Sequence record: DRR723986_5541
Strand: one strand, 5' to 3'
DNA length: 47,384 bases
Part shown: positions 35,580-45,037 of the stretch, piece after piece
How positions within the stretch are numbered: position 1 is the stretch's first letter
Layout of the letters: every line of letters starts with the position of its first letter
The notes under the pieces: model-generated
Told to the model about the DNA's origin: nothing
Databases searched by the model: none
Seen by the model: only the letters and a program-made list of their open reading frames with translations
Program-made: the position numbers and the translations under genes

Positions 35580-35720
35580 TTGAGCGCTGCGCAATAGGGG
35601 AATATCCCGTATCAACACTGAAAACATATCGTTTGTACACATACGTTGAACAAATGATTTACAATGTAAATGTAATCGTCTGAACCTTAAACTTTATTGA
35701 TCAACTACAGGAAGGCATGT

Positions 35721-36257
35721 ATGTCAACTGCAGCTAACGTCGAAGAAACCAAACTCGACGCACACCAACTTGAAGAGAAAGCCCACAAATCTCTCCGCCG
35801 CTGGATGTGGTGGTCGGCCGGCGCTGGTCTGATCCCCGTACCAATCGTAGATGCAGGCGCCATCCTGGGCATGCAACTCAAAATGTTGTCGGAAGTCGCC
35901 AACGTTTATAAGGTTGAGTTCCGTCAATCCCTCGGTAAATCCCTGATTAGCACACTGATTGGTAGCCTTGGTGCTACCGGCCTTGCATACGGTGGTGTTG
36001 GTCAATGGTTAAAAACCATTCCGGGACCGGGTCAGCTTCTGGGAATGCTCTCAATGCCAGGTTTTGCCGCCGCTTCCACATGGGCCGTCGGTCGTGTATT
36101 TATCATGCACTTCTCCGCTGGTGGCACAATGCTGGACTTCGATCCAGTTGCCATGTCCGATCACTTCAAAAACGCATTTGCTGAAGGTAAAAATAAAGCT
36201 GAAGCAGGTGCCACTGAAGAAGAAGCAACCGAAGTCCACGCTGAAGAAGTAAAGTAA
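35721..36257 (+). CDS. DUF697/YcjF-family protein (ATG 35721 preferred over TTG 35697)
   Basis: AGAGLIPVPIVD...MQLKML and LKTIPGPG...STWAVGRVFIMHF motifs; AGGAAGG RBS at 35709-35715; acidic tail. Confidence 0.8.
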   Translation: MSTAANVEETKLDAHQLEEKAHKSLRRWMWWSAGAGLIPVPIVDAGAILGMQLKMLSEVANVYKVEFRQSLGKSLISTLIGSLGATGLAYGGVGQWLKTIPGPGQLLGMLSMPGFAAASTWAVGRVFIMHFSAGGTMLDFDPVAMSDHFKNAFAEGKNKAEAGATEEEATEVHAEEVK

Positions 36258-36348
36258 GCGTTTGATGCGCTTCGGCGTTTCCAAATCGCGATTTAGACTT
36301 CTTGATTTGCCCTTCTCCGGCAAAATTTTCCGGCATAAACGAATCGAC

Positions 36349-36378
36349 AAGCCGTCCAGATTTCTGGGCGGCTTTCTT
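36349..36378 (+). terminator. Probable intrinsic terminator closing the cluster
   Basis: AAGCCGTCCAG-ATTT-CTGGGCGGCTT stem (one G:U pair) followed by TCTTGCTTTT. Confidence 0.6.
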
Positions 36379-36922
36379 GCTTTTAAAGCTTTCGCCTCGC
36401 TCCATACTTAACACCACATGTACAGTTTATCAGGCCGTTTGAGCCTGATTACAGGCCGTTCAGCTTTTAACGTTTGCACACTTTACGCTTTCTGGCCACC
36501 TTTAATCTAAACAAGACCCGCATTTGGAATTGAACTCAGTTTCATGAAATTATTGCGCTGGAAAATCAACCGAACATTTAGAATTGGAAGGCTGCCGGAA
36601 TGTTATCTATATGGCAAAAAAGATTGACGGGCATCTGTTGGCGCATCAAAGTCTGGGCGCATATGCTGTTGGAATTAAACTCAATGACAAACAAAAAATT
36701 CAAAAAACGAGCCGTCAGGCGCTGTAATCTTGTTTTTGCTGGTGCTGTCCAGATCGCACACCCGTGTTCACATAAAACGCCTTTGCCCCTTGGGCAGGCT
36801 CTAAAGGCCATCTTGTTTGTCGCCGGGAGCAAAACGACAATGCGCACAGTCTGTGACAAGTGCCTGCGACAATATCCGACAGGAGTTTGGTAAAGGGAAA
36901 CGCAGCTTTCACACAATAAAAC

Positions 36923-36951
36923 TTGACACTGTGCAAAAATTGTCACATAAT
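36923..36951 (+). promoter_or_regulatory. Near-consensus sigma70 promoter
   Basis: TTGACA (36923-36928) - 17 bp - CATAAT (36946-36951), with A-rich sequence upstream; 240 bp before ORF 37192. Confidence 0.6.
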
Positions 36952-37191
36952 TGGACTGGTCCAACGATCATGCAAATACCCCCCAGCCGTTAGCCCTGCA
37001 AGTAGTTCCTGCAAATAGTCCATGTGTTACAAATTGTGGCACGATTTTGTAAGTATTAGTAACGCCTCGTCTTTCCTCGTGTTTCCCGGCACAGAGCAAC
37101 TATCCTCGATTATTGCGCCAAGTGCCCTGGGTAACCGGCTTCCCTCTGCTGAAGCCAGTCCAGAATAATGCAATAGAAAAGAGGAAAACAT

Positions 37192-38022
37192 ATGAACGGT
37201 CGTTTCGGTTTGATTGTGCTGGCGGTAGTTTTCGTTTTGCCGACGCTTGAAGTGTTTGGCGGCGGATGGAATCACTACAAAGACCAGGGTTTTATCATGT
37301 TTGGCACCAGTGATTTCCACGCGGATGAATACGTCTGGCCGAATGGCAGGTCGTTTCCAATTAACACCTACCATTCCGTGACGATGAGTATTTCGGGTGA
37401 ATATGGTCTTGACGATAATTTTACCGCACATTTTTACATTCCATTCCTGAAAGAAATTACGCTTAGTTCGCTTAAAAACCGCGGACCGTCCGATGCCATT
37501 TTTGGATTGCGCTACGGAATCATCCAGAACTCCTCGATGGGTTGGAATGCGGGTGTCACAATGCGCGCTCCGCTGGGGGACTCGGATGACCAGAATAATA
37601 TCGCTTTGGGAGTGCATGATTTTCCCGTGTATTTATCCTCGCAATTGGGGCACTCACTGCCGTGGTTGGGAGCATATACTGTCGTTGAAGCTGGTCTGAA
37701 CATTCGCATGAATTGGTTTCCATATGAAATCCATTCTTCGCTTGAAGTCGGCGTGCCCATCATTGAACATTTTACCTTGATTGGCCGTGTACAATCGATG
37801 TGGACACTTGGCAATGGTGATTTTGAGATTGTACCGATTTCCGCCGGTTATAATGGCAATTCCGTTAATCAGGGCAATCTTGCATTTAAACTTCTGGTAG
37901 AAGCGACCTCCAGATGGGGTTACATGGCGGAATACTCATTCCTGCTGCACGGCCGTAGTGTGCTGGTTGGGCCAACCATAAGTTTTGGGATATTTCATCG
38001 CCTGGGGGAGTTCACTGAGTGA
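37192..38022 (+). CDS. Exported protein, putative outer-membrane beta-barrel of unknown function
   Basis: Signal-peptide-like N terminus; aromatic/Gly-rich alternating strands (SGEYGLDDNFT, DAIFGLRY); AGAGGA RBS. Confidence 0.6.
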   Translation: MNGRFGLIVLAVVFVLPTLEVFGGGWNHYKDQGFIMFGTSDFHADEYVWPNGRSFPINTYHSVTMSISGEYGLDDNFTAHFYIPFLKEITLSSLKNRGPSDAIFGLRYGIIQNSSMGWNAGVTMRAPLGDSDDQNNIALGVHDFPVYLSSQLGHSLPWLGAYTVVEAGLNIRMNWFPYEIHSSLEVGVPIIEHFTLIGRVQSMWTLGNGDFEIVPISAGYNGNSVNQGNLAFKLLVEATSRWGYMAEYSFLLHGRSVLVGPTISFGIFHRLGEFTE

Positions 38023-38176
38023 AAACTCTACCGCTTAACTGGAATTACTGCCCGGTTAACTAGTTAATCCTACCGTATACCTAAAAACTTCTTGTGCCCT
38101 TTGCTTTTTGCTGTAAATTTTGCCTTGAACACATGCAGTTCAGGTGGAACGTAAACAGTTCAACTAGAGCAAAAGG

Positions 38177-40108
38177 TTGAGGATGCCCGCAGAAGAATTT
38201 AGAGGTAGCGACGGTACAGCTGACCAGCCCAGACGCCGACCACGATTGTTGGGCTGTGCATTGGCCGGCGTCATAGTCGCAAGCATTGTAATCAGCTTGA
38301 TTGCCTGGTTTGGGCAGGACTACCTCGACTCCGCAATCCGTGATGAAGTCAACAAGCAGGTAACAGCCCTCAATTCTGAGCAGACGAATGCACGCAGCTT
38401 AACTGTGGCCTACAGCGCTCTGGAATTTGATGTTCTGGGCGGCTGGATGTCACTTAGCGGTATTCGGATTAAATCTGCAGCGAAGGTTGATTCTGTCGCC
38501 TCAAATCCAGGCCCAGGTCCAAATCCAGATTCCGGGTCGCACACAGATAGTGTAAATGTGGCCATAGGCAACGATGTATTTTCCGTTCAGATAGACTCAA
38601 TACATGTTAACGGAATTTCGTGGTTTGATCTGCTGAGTGAAGCACCAATTACTCTGCAGGCGGTTCAAATATTCCGGCCACAGATTCTTGGTCATGTGCA
38701 CACCGATGACATCTTTGCCGCGTTTAAGTCTAATCCGCATTCCAGCACTGATGCCGCCAAACAATTAGCAGAATTTAACGACACGTCGGCTGAAAGTGGT
38801 CTGCGCATCTGGATAAACTCGCCAATCAGAGTGTGGGCTAAACCAGACTGGGCCACAGAACCCGACCTGCAGGATCTGGCCGGTCAGAACCCAACTGAAC
38901 AATCACCACAAGACGCAGTTTCTACCACGTCGGTGAGTGTTGAGCGCCTGGATTTGCAGCAACTCACAGCTTCTGTTAAACACGTAAGTGCGGGCGACAC
39001 TCTTGAATTCATAGAACTTGAAGAGACTGGATTAAGTCTGCAATTGCTCGACGTCTATACGCTGCCGGACGGTCCGCTGGTTTTACTGGAGGATGTCGCT
39101 TTTAATGCCGGTGCATTCTTGCACCAGGCGCCCGGCAGCGACTATTGCATGCGCGCAGACCGCATCAAACTTCAGGCCCAGGCCGGTGAGATAGAACTCG
39201 ATAGTGTCCGGTTTGCATTAAACATTCCGCAGAGTGAATACTTTGCGAAGCAGCCATTCCGCGCCGATGTTCTTGACTTTGCCGGCGAGCGTGTGACACT
39301 TTCCGGAGTTGGATTTAATGAGCTGATTGCGGGCGAGGCCGCGACGATGGCATCACTACGCGTAGAGGGCGCCAGATTTGACATTTTAAGTGACAAGCGC
39401 AAAAGTATTAATCCACATTCAACAACTCCGCTGATGCCGTCCCAGGCGCTGCACGCATTTCCGATGCTCCTAATGATCGACAGCATTCAGGTGCGCAATT
39501 TGTGGTTGCGTTATGGCGAACGCCAGCCCGGCTGGAGCGTGCCCGCCCGTCTGTATTGGGAAAACTTGAATGCCGATATTACCAGTGTTGATAATATGCA
39601 ATCCGGCCGCGAGACACTGCAATTTGAGTTGGCTGCCGCCGGCCGGTTTATGGGTGAAGCACGCATGCATATTGACATGCAGATGTCTACCGCTCACGCG
39701 GGACTGTGTTTCGAGGCCACCGGCGGGCTGGAAGCAATGGCACTTAACAACCTCAACCAGTTTGTCAGCATCAGTGAACTGTTGCGGATTGACGGCGGCC
39801 GCAATCTGGGAGCTACGTTTAACCTAAACGTTATTGACGGCGTCGCCGGTGGCACGGTGGATGTGCGCTACCGCGACCTCGATATTTCGATGTTGGATAA
39901 GGACGATCTGGAAGACGGCAACTTACTGACGCGTTTTAAGGGTTTCCTGGCGCGCAGTTTTGTGATTCGAAGTGAGAATCTACCGGAAGACGATGGTTCG
40001 ATTCAATTGGGCAAAATTAACTATCGCCTGCAGGCTGACGAAACCTTTCCCTCGTTCTTGTGGAAGAGTGTTCGAAGCGGACTGGGCGAATTATTGGGAT
40101 TTGGCTGA
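38177..40108 (+). CDS. Membrane-anchored AsmA/DUF748-like periplasmic beta-rich protein
   Basis: 643 aa; one N-terminal TM helix; long run of predicted beta strands; C-terminal amphipathic FPSFLWKSVRSGL; family call tentative. Confidence 0.6.
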   Translation: MRMPAEEFRGSDGTADQPRRRPRLLGCALAGVIVASIVISLIAWFGQDYLDSAIRDEVNKQVTALNSEQTNARSLTVAYSALEFDVLGGWMSLSGIRIKSAAKVDSVASNPGPGPNPDSGSHTDSVNVAIGNDVFSVQIDSIHVNGISWFDLLSEAPITLQAVQIFRPQILGHVHTDDIFAAFKSNPHSSTDAAKQLAEFNDTSAESGLRIWINSPIRVWAKPDWATEPDLQDLAGQNPTEQSPQDAVSTTSVSVERLDLQQLTASVKHVSAGDTLEFIELEETGLSLQLLDVYTLPDGPLVLLEDVAFNAGAFLHQAPGSDYCMRADRIKLQAQAGEIELDSVRFALNIPQSEYFAKQPFRADVLDFAGERVTLSGVGFNELIAGEAATMASLRVEGARFDILSDKRKSINPHSTTPLMPSQALHAFPMLLMIDSIQVRNLWLRYGERQPGWSVPARLYWENLNADITSVDNMQSGRETLQFELAAAGRFMGEARMHIDMQMSTAHAGLCFEATGGLEAMALNNLNQFVSISELLRIDGGRNLGATFNLNVIDGVAGGTVDVRYRDLDISMLDKDDLEDGNLLTRFKGFLARSFVIRSENLPEDDGSIQLGKINYRLQADETFPSFLWKSVRSGLGELLGFG

Positions 40109-40324
40109 CCTGGACGGAGACGCCTGAAGCGAATCTGTGTCGCTCGAATGGGACGCGCCCCAAAGAGTTCACATAGTGCATCACCGGAAGTCGGCAAACG
40201 CTGATTAACATTTTACGATCGGGTTCAGGCACTGCTCTGCTTACAAATTGACCAGACTATCTGCACCGGCTTACAAACGCTGCTGCCGGGTAGCTTGCAG
40301 CCTAAAATGAGATAGAGGGGAATT

Positions 40325-41140
40325 ATGGAATTGATACGAGACAACAAAGCTGTTCCAAACAATAAAACAACATTGTTAAACCGAACAGCAATCCAGGGCA
40401 CCGCTGCGCAGTTGCCTGCTGCAAGCGATGACATCGATCTGTTGGGCATGGCGGCGCATGAGTTAAAGAATCCACTTTTTGCCATTCGGCTGGCAACGCG
40501 CTTCCTGGCGAACCGCGCCGGAAGCAACAGTGTCGATGATACTCAGAGCCTCTGTAATGACATTGAAGAATGCCTCACCCACGTCTTTACGATGATCGAT
40601 AACATGCTTGGAACTGCCAGAGCTGGGCACAATATTGGTCGGCAGGGGATAGGAGAACTTTGCCTTGCCGGTGCTGTAGAGCGCGTCCTGGCCCGTTTTA
40701 AGCACCACATGCGCAGCAAAAATATCGACGTGGAACTCTTACAGGCCGATCCTGGCGTGTATGTGCTGGCAGATGCCGACGCGCTTGATCACGTGCTGGA
40801 TAATCTTATCGCCAATGCTGTTAAGTTCTCGCCGACCGGTAGCTGTATCAGGATTACGCTATCGCGCGAATGGAATAAGGTGGCCTGCGCCCATAGAGGG
40901 CAAATCAGTATTTGTGACGAAGGTCCCGGATTTAGCAGGAGTGACGTCAAAAAGATGTGGGGCAAATTTGAGCGCCTCTCAGCGCAGCCAACGCAGAACG
41001 AAAGTTCAACGGGTTTGGGATTGGCGCTCTGCAAACGAATTGTGGAGCAGATGTACGGAGTGATTGATTGCAACAACCGCTCGGAAGGTGGCGCGCGCTT
41101 TTTTGTGCAATTGCCGGTAGTGCAAGCTATTGCCGCCTGA
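40325..41140 (+). CDS. Cytoplasmic histidine kinase (HisKA + HATPase_c only)
   Basis: H box AAHELKNPL, N box DNLIANAVKFS, G1 DEGPG, F box KFER, G2 STGLGL; GAGGGG RBS. Confidence 0.9.
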   Translation: MELIRDNKAVPNNKTTLLNRTAIQGTAAQLPAASDDIDLLGMAAHELKNPLFAIRLATRFLANRAGSNSVDDTQSLCNDIEECLTHVFTMIDNMLGTARAGHNIGRQGIGELCLAGAVERVLARFKHHMRSKNIDVELLQADPGVYVLADADALDHVLDNLIANAVKFSPTGSCIRITLSREWNKVACAHRGQISICDEGPGFSRSDVKKMWGKFERLSAQPTQNESSTGLGLALCKRIVEQMYGVIDCNNRSEGGARFFVQLPVVQAIAA

Positions 41141-41671
41141 AGGAGCAGATTTGGCGGGTTGGCATGTCTTTAGCGGAATCTCAATAAACAAGTTGAGTTC
41201 CGCAGGAAAATCGAACGACATTGATTCACTGATGCTCTACGCCGGGGTTCGGGCTGACATGCATCACTGAATAGCGCTGAACCTTACTGAACCCTGCCTG
41301 CAATCCCGTCAGGCAGGCAAAGATTTGTATTCTTGACACCATTAATTGACCAATTCAGTCTCGTTTCGTTCTCATTAATAAACTGAGTCTGTATTTTGTG
41401 CGTCTGGCAGGCGGTTCGAGTGGTCTGCGCCGCACGAAGGACTTATGGCGCATGCAGCTGAAGGCATGTGTCGGCTTCCGAATTGCGACTCAGGTTCACG
41501 AATCTGGACCCGCGCAGCAGGCCGCGAAAAAATTGATGATAAAAAAGGTAACCTACGGCGGAGTTTGCCGTAGGTGCGCGACATACTAATTGCCAAAAAC
41601 GCAATCGGTATGGTCATAAGCCGCTCGCACATTGACCAAGAACTACGAATCGAACGGAACATCAGAGCAGA

Positions 41672-42355
41672 ATGGTTGAATTGCAAGGCATCAACAAAGC
41701 CTATAAAGTTGGTAACAACACACTGCAGGTTCTCAAAGACATCGATCTGTTGATAGAAGCCGGCGAGTTCGTTTCTATCATGGGATCCTCCGGGTCGGGG
41801 AAGTCAACGCTGCTGAACATTATCGGCATTCTGGATAACTACGACACCGGTAGTTACACCCTGGCAGGCCAGGCGATTGGCAGCATGTCCGAACGGCTGG
41901 CGGCGCGCCTGCGCAATGAACACATCGGATTTGTTTTTCAGGCCTTTAACCTACTTCCATTTAAGACTGCCCTGGAAAACGCTGCTCTTCCGCTCTATTA
42001 CCAAAAAATTCCGCGTCGCAAGCGCAACCGCATTGCGATGGAATATCTTGACCGTGTGGGCCTGGCGGACCGTGCTGAGCACTATCCGAATGAACTCTCG
42101 GGGGGGCAGCAGCAACGCGTTGCCATTGCGCGCTCCCTTATCTCCAAGCCGAAATTGCTTCTGGCCGATGAGCCGACCGGCGCGCTCGACTCTGCGACTT
42201 CAGACCAAATTATGCAGGTGTTTGAGGACGTCAATCGCGAGGGCATAACGGTTGCCATCGTGACACACGAACAAGACATCGCCGAACGCACAAAACGCGT
42301 CATCCACATCAAAGACGGCTGCATCGTTGAAGAAACGGCCGCCGTTGAAGCCTGA
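41672..42355 (+). CDS. ABC transporter ATP-binding protein, LolD/MacB type
   Basis: GSSGSGKST, IGFVFQAFNL, LSGGQQQRVAIAR, LLADEPTGALD, VTHE. Confidence 0.95.
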   Translation: MVELQGINKAYKVGNNTLQVLKDIDLLIEAGEFVSIMGSSGSGKSTLLNIIGILDNYDTGSYTLAGQAIGSMSERLAARLRNEHIGFVFQAFNLLPFKTALENAALPLYYQKIPRRKRNRIAMEYLDRVGLADRAEHYPNELSGGQQQRVAIARSLISKPKLLLADEPTGALDSATSDQIMQVFEDVNREGITVAIVTHEQDIAERTKRVIHIKDGCIVEETAAVEA

Positions 42356-42422
42356 GTTTTGAGCCGGAAACGACCTACAGACAGCTTTCAGTTAAGCCAA
42401 ACGTTTATGGTGCCGCAGTACT

Positions 42423-43655
42423 ATGTTTGACCTGGATAAATGGGGCGAAATCATCGGAACGATGCGCAAGAACTTCATGCGCACACTTCTGACTGCCATG
42501 ACCGTAGCCTGGGGGATCTTCCTGCTGGTTATTCTCGTAGCTGCCGGCAACGGCCTGCAAAATGGAATCCAGTACAACTTCCGCGACGATGCGGTCAATA
42601 GTTTGTGGCTCTATCCCGGCAAGGCATCCATGCCTCACCGCGGAATGCCTGTGGGGCGCCAGATTCAGTTTACAAACCAGGACTATGAGATTATTGAAAA
42701 GACCGTAGAGCGCGTGGAGTATATCACCTCGCGCTTTTATCTGCGCGGCAACTTTACAATCAGCTATAAAAAAGAAGCTTCATCTTTTGAAGTGCGCGCC
42801 TGCCACCCAGACCACGTTTTCCTCGAAAACACAATTATGGTCAGCGGCCGTTTCCTGAATGACATCGATATTGCCGAGAAGCGCAAAGTCACGGCGATTG
42901 GTACGCGTGTGGTGCAGATGTTATTCAAGGAAGTTGATCCCATCGGCAAGTGGATCAACGTCAACGGTATCATGTATAAAGTCGTAGGTGTCTACCGCGA
43001 CGAAGGTGGCCCAGGCGAAGAACGCAAAATTTACATTCCGATTTCAACCGCACAGCAGGCCTATGGCGGCGGAAATCGCGTCAACCAGATAATGATGACC
43101 ATCGGTGACGTCGGTGTTGCCGAAAGCGAAGAAATTGCGCAGTCACTGCGTGAACTGCTGGCCGCGCGCCACAACTTTAACGTTAACGATCGCCGCGCCG
43201 TGTTTGTGCGCAACAATCTGGTGCAAATGCAGAACTTTGCGGCAATCATTGATACAGTCAAAATTTTCCTTTCCGTCATGGCGATCATGACAATTATTGC
43301 GGGTGTCATCGGCGTGTCTAATATCATGCTGATTACGGTCAAAGAACGCACACGCGAATTTGGCGTGCGCAAAGCGCTCGGTGCCACTCCCGGATCAATT
43401 GTTGCGATGATCCTGCAGGAATCCGTCATGCTCACGGCACTCTCGGGTTATGTGGGCCTGGTGCTTGGTGTTGTGGCCATTGAACTGGCTAATACATATT
43501 TGCCGCCGCATGACTATTTCCGTACGCCGACGGTAGATGTAAGCCTTGGTCTTGTTGCTACCGGAATTGTAATTGTAGCCGGCGCACTTGCGGGTTTATG
43601 GCCGGCCTATCGTGCCGCGCGCATCAAACCCGTTATCGCTTTGCGCGACGAATAA
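42423..43655 (+). CDS. MacB/FtsX-type ABC permease 1
   Basis: RTLLT + TM1, large periplasmic domain (GRFLN), GVSNIMLITVKERTREFGVRKALGA, PAYRAARIKPV. Confidence 0.93.
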   Translation: MFDLDKWGEIIGTMRKNFMRTLLTAMTVAWGIFLLVILVAAGNGLQNGIQYNFRDDAVNSLWLYPGKASMPHRGMPVGRQIQFTNQDYEIIEKTVERVEYITSRFYLRGNFTISYKKEASSFEVRACHPDHVFLENTIMVSGRFLNDIDIAEKRKVTAIGTRVVQMLFKEVDPIGKWINVNGIMYKVVGVYRDEGGPGEERKIYIPISTAQQAYGGGNRVNQIMMTIGDVGVAESEEIAQSLRELLAARHNFNVNDRRAVFVRNNLVQMQNFAAIIDTVKIFLSVMAIMTIIAGVIGVSNIMLITVKERTREFGVRKALGATPGSIVAMILQESVMLTALSGYVGLVLGVVAIELANTYLPPHDYFRTPTVDVSLGLVATGIVIVAGALAGLWPAYRAARIKPVIALRDE

Positions 43656-43753
43656 TTTGAACAAACTGAGCCGGAGTTGTGGAATGTTCTGTTGCGAACA
43701 TATGCATTCGCCGGATATCAGCTCTGTGAATTTCCGCTCGGGAAAATCCCTTT

Positions 43754-45013
43754 ATGTTCGATCTTGAGATCTGGCAGGAAATAGGCAATGTGATCCGCAA
43801 AAATAAACTGCGGACGCTGCTGACGGCTCTGGGTGTTTTCTGGGGCATCTTCATGCTCGTTATTATGATGGGCTTTGGCAACGGCCTGGAATTTGGCGTG
43901 CGCATGACGATGGGGCCCTCAACGACGAATGCCTGTTACATCTGGTCGCAGCGCAGCAGCATGCCGCACAAGGGTTTGCCCGCCGGCCGCTCTGCCAAAT
44001 TGAATAACAGCGATGGTGAGGCTATTCGCGCTTCGGTAAGCGGCATGGAATACTTTGCGCCGCGCTGTCAACTGGGCGGCTGGCGTGACAACAATAATGT
44101 TGCGCGCCGCAATCGCACCGGAAGTTTCTCAGTCTACGGTGATTTCCCAACCTACGCCAAAATCGAAAAGCTGCAATTTCCAGTCGGACGGTTTATTAAC
44201 CAGCTCGATATCGACGGCAAGCGCAAAGTCGCCGTGATCGGTCAGCGCGTCCGTGACGTGTTGTTTGAGCCCGACGAAGACCCGATTGGTGATTTTATAA
44301 CGGTTCGCGGCGCATACTTCATGGTTGTTGGCGTGTTTAAGTCAATGGCTCCCGGCGAACGTGCCGCACGCGATGAGCAGTCGGTCTACATTCCGTTTAC
44401 CACATTTCAGCAGGCATTTAACTACGGTGACAGACTTGGCTGGTTTGTATTGACTTCACAGCCCGGCATCAGCGTCGGCAAACTGGAGACAGAAGTTAAG
44501 ACCTTGCTGGCTGAGCGGCATTCCATGAATCCCCAGGACCCAACGGCTTTTGGCTCATTTAACTCCGAAGAACGCTTCGGCAAAATCATGAGCCTCTTTG
44601 ACGGCATCCGTGGTTTTGTTTGGATCGTTGGCATCCTGACGCTTCTGGCCGGTGCTTTTGGCGTTTCCAACATTATGCTGATTGCCGTAAAGGAACGGAT
44701 GAAGGAACTTGGAATCCGCAAAGCGATCGGTGCTACGCCCGGCTCAATCATCCGTCTTATCATGATGGAATCTGTGGTTCTGACAGCCTGCGCCGGAATT
44801 TTTGGCCTGGCACTTGGAGTTGGCCTGCTTGAACTTGTATCCTACGTTGCGCCGCCCAATGACGGCGCCTTCCAAATATTTGACTCACTGAATATCAGTG
44901 CAAATGCTGCTGTGGCAGCCCTGATCCTTTTAACATTTGCTGGTTTGCTTGCCGGTGTGATCCCTGCCAGACAGGCCGCCGTTGTTAAGCCGATCGAGGC
45001 GCTACGTTCTTAA
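43754..45013 (+). CDS. MacB/FtsX-type ABC permease 2 (paralog of permease 1)
   Basis: MFDL..W.EI start shared with permease 1; GVSNIMLIAVKERMKELGIRKAIGA; KPIEALR. Confidence 0.93.
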   Translation: MFDLEIWQEIGNVIRKNKLRTLLTALGVFWGIFMLVIMMGFGNGLEFGVRMTMGPSTTNACYIWSQRSSMPHKGLPAGRSAKLNNSDGEAIRASVSGMEYFAPRCQLGGWRDNNNVARRNRTGSFSVYGDFPTYAKIEKLQFPVGRFINQLDIDGKRKVAVIGQRVRDVLFEPDEDPIGDFITVRGAYFMVVGVFKSMAPGERAARDEQSVYIPFTTFQQAFNYGDRLGWFVLTSQPGISVGKLETEVKTLLAERHSMNPQDPTAFGSFNSEERFGKIMSLFDGIRGFVWIVGILTLLAGAFGVSNIMLIAVKERMKELGIRKAIGATPGSIIRLIMMESVVLTACAGIFGLALGVGLLELVSYVAPPNDGAFQIFDSLNISANAAVAALILLTFAGLLAGVIPARQAAVVKPIEALRS

Positions 45014-45037
45014 TTAGCAAAAACGAGTTTCGCGACG

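Larger units (their letters stand above)
239..36257 (+). other. Hybrid PKS-NRPS biosynthetic gene cluster (probably continuing beyond the left window edge)
   Basis: Co-oriented extender cassette, PKS, two NRPSs, MbtH, TEII, peptide exporter and PPTase; no loading module in the window. Confidence 0.93.

Noticed and set aside
35316-35642. 108-aa minus-strand ORF
   Set aside because: The + strand 59-aa ORF has an RBS, membrane topology and operon orientation, and explains the region better
36578-36964. Overlapping 73-128 aa ORFs in the intergenic gap, including a Cys-containing RiPP-precursor candidate
   Set aside because: No family motifs, mutually overlapping, and no RiPP maturases nearby
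37027-37617. 196-aa minus-strand ORF
   Set aside because: Antisense to the 37192 gene, which has an RBS and signal peptide
41333-41361. Sigma70 promoter for the efflux operon
   Set aside because: TTGACA is present but the -10 at 17 bp (CAGTCT) is too weak to call
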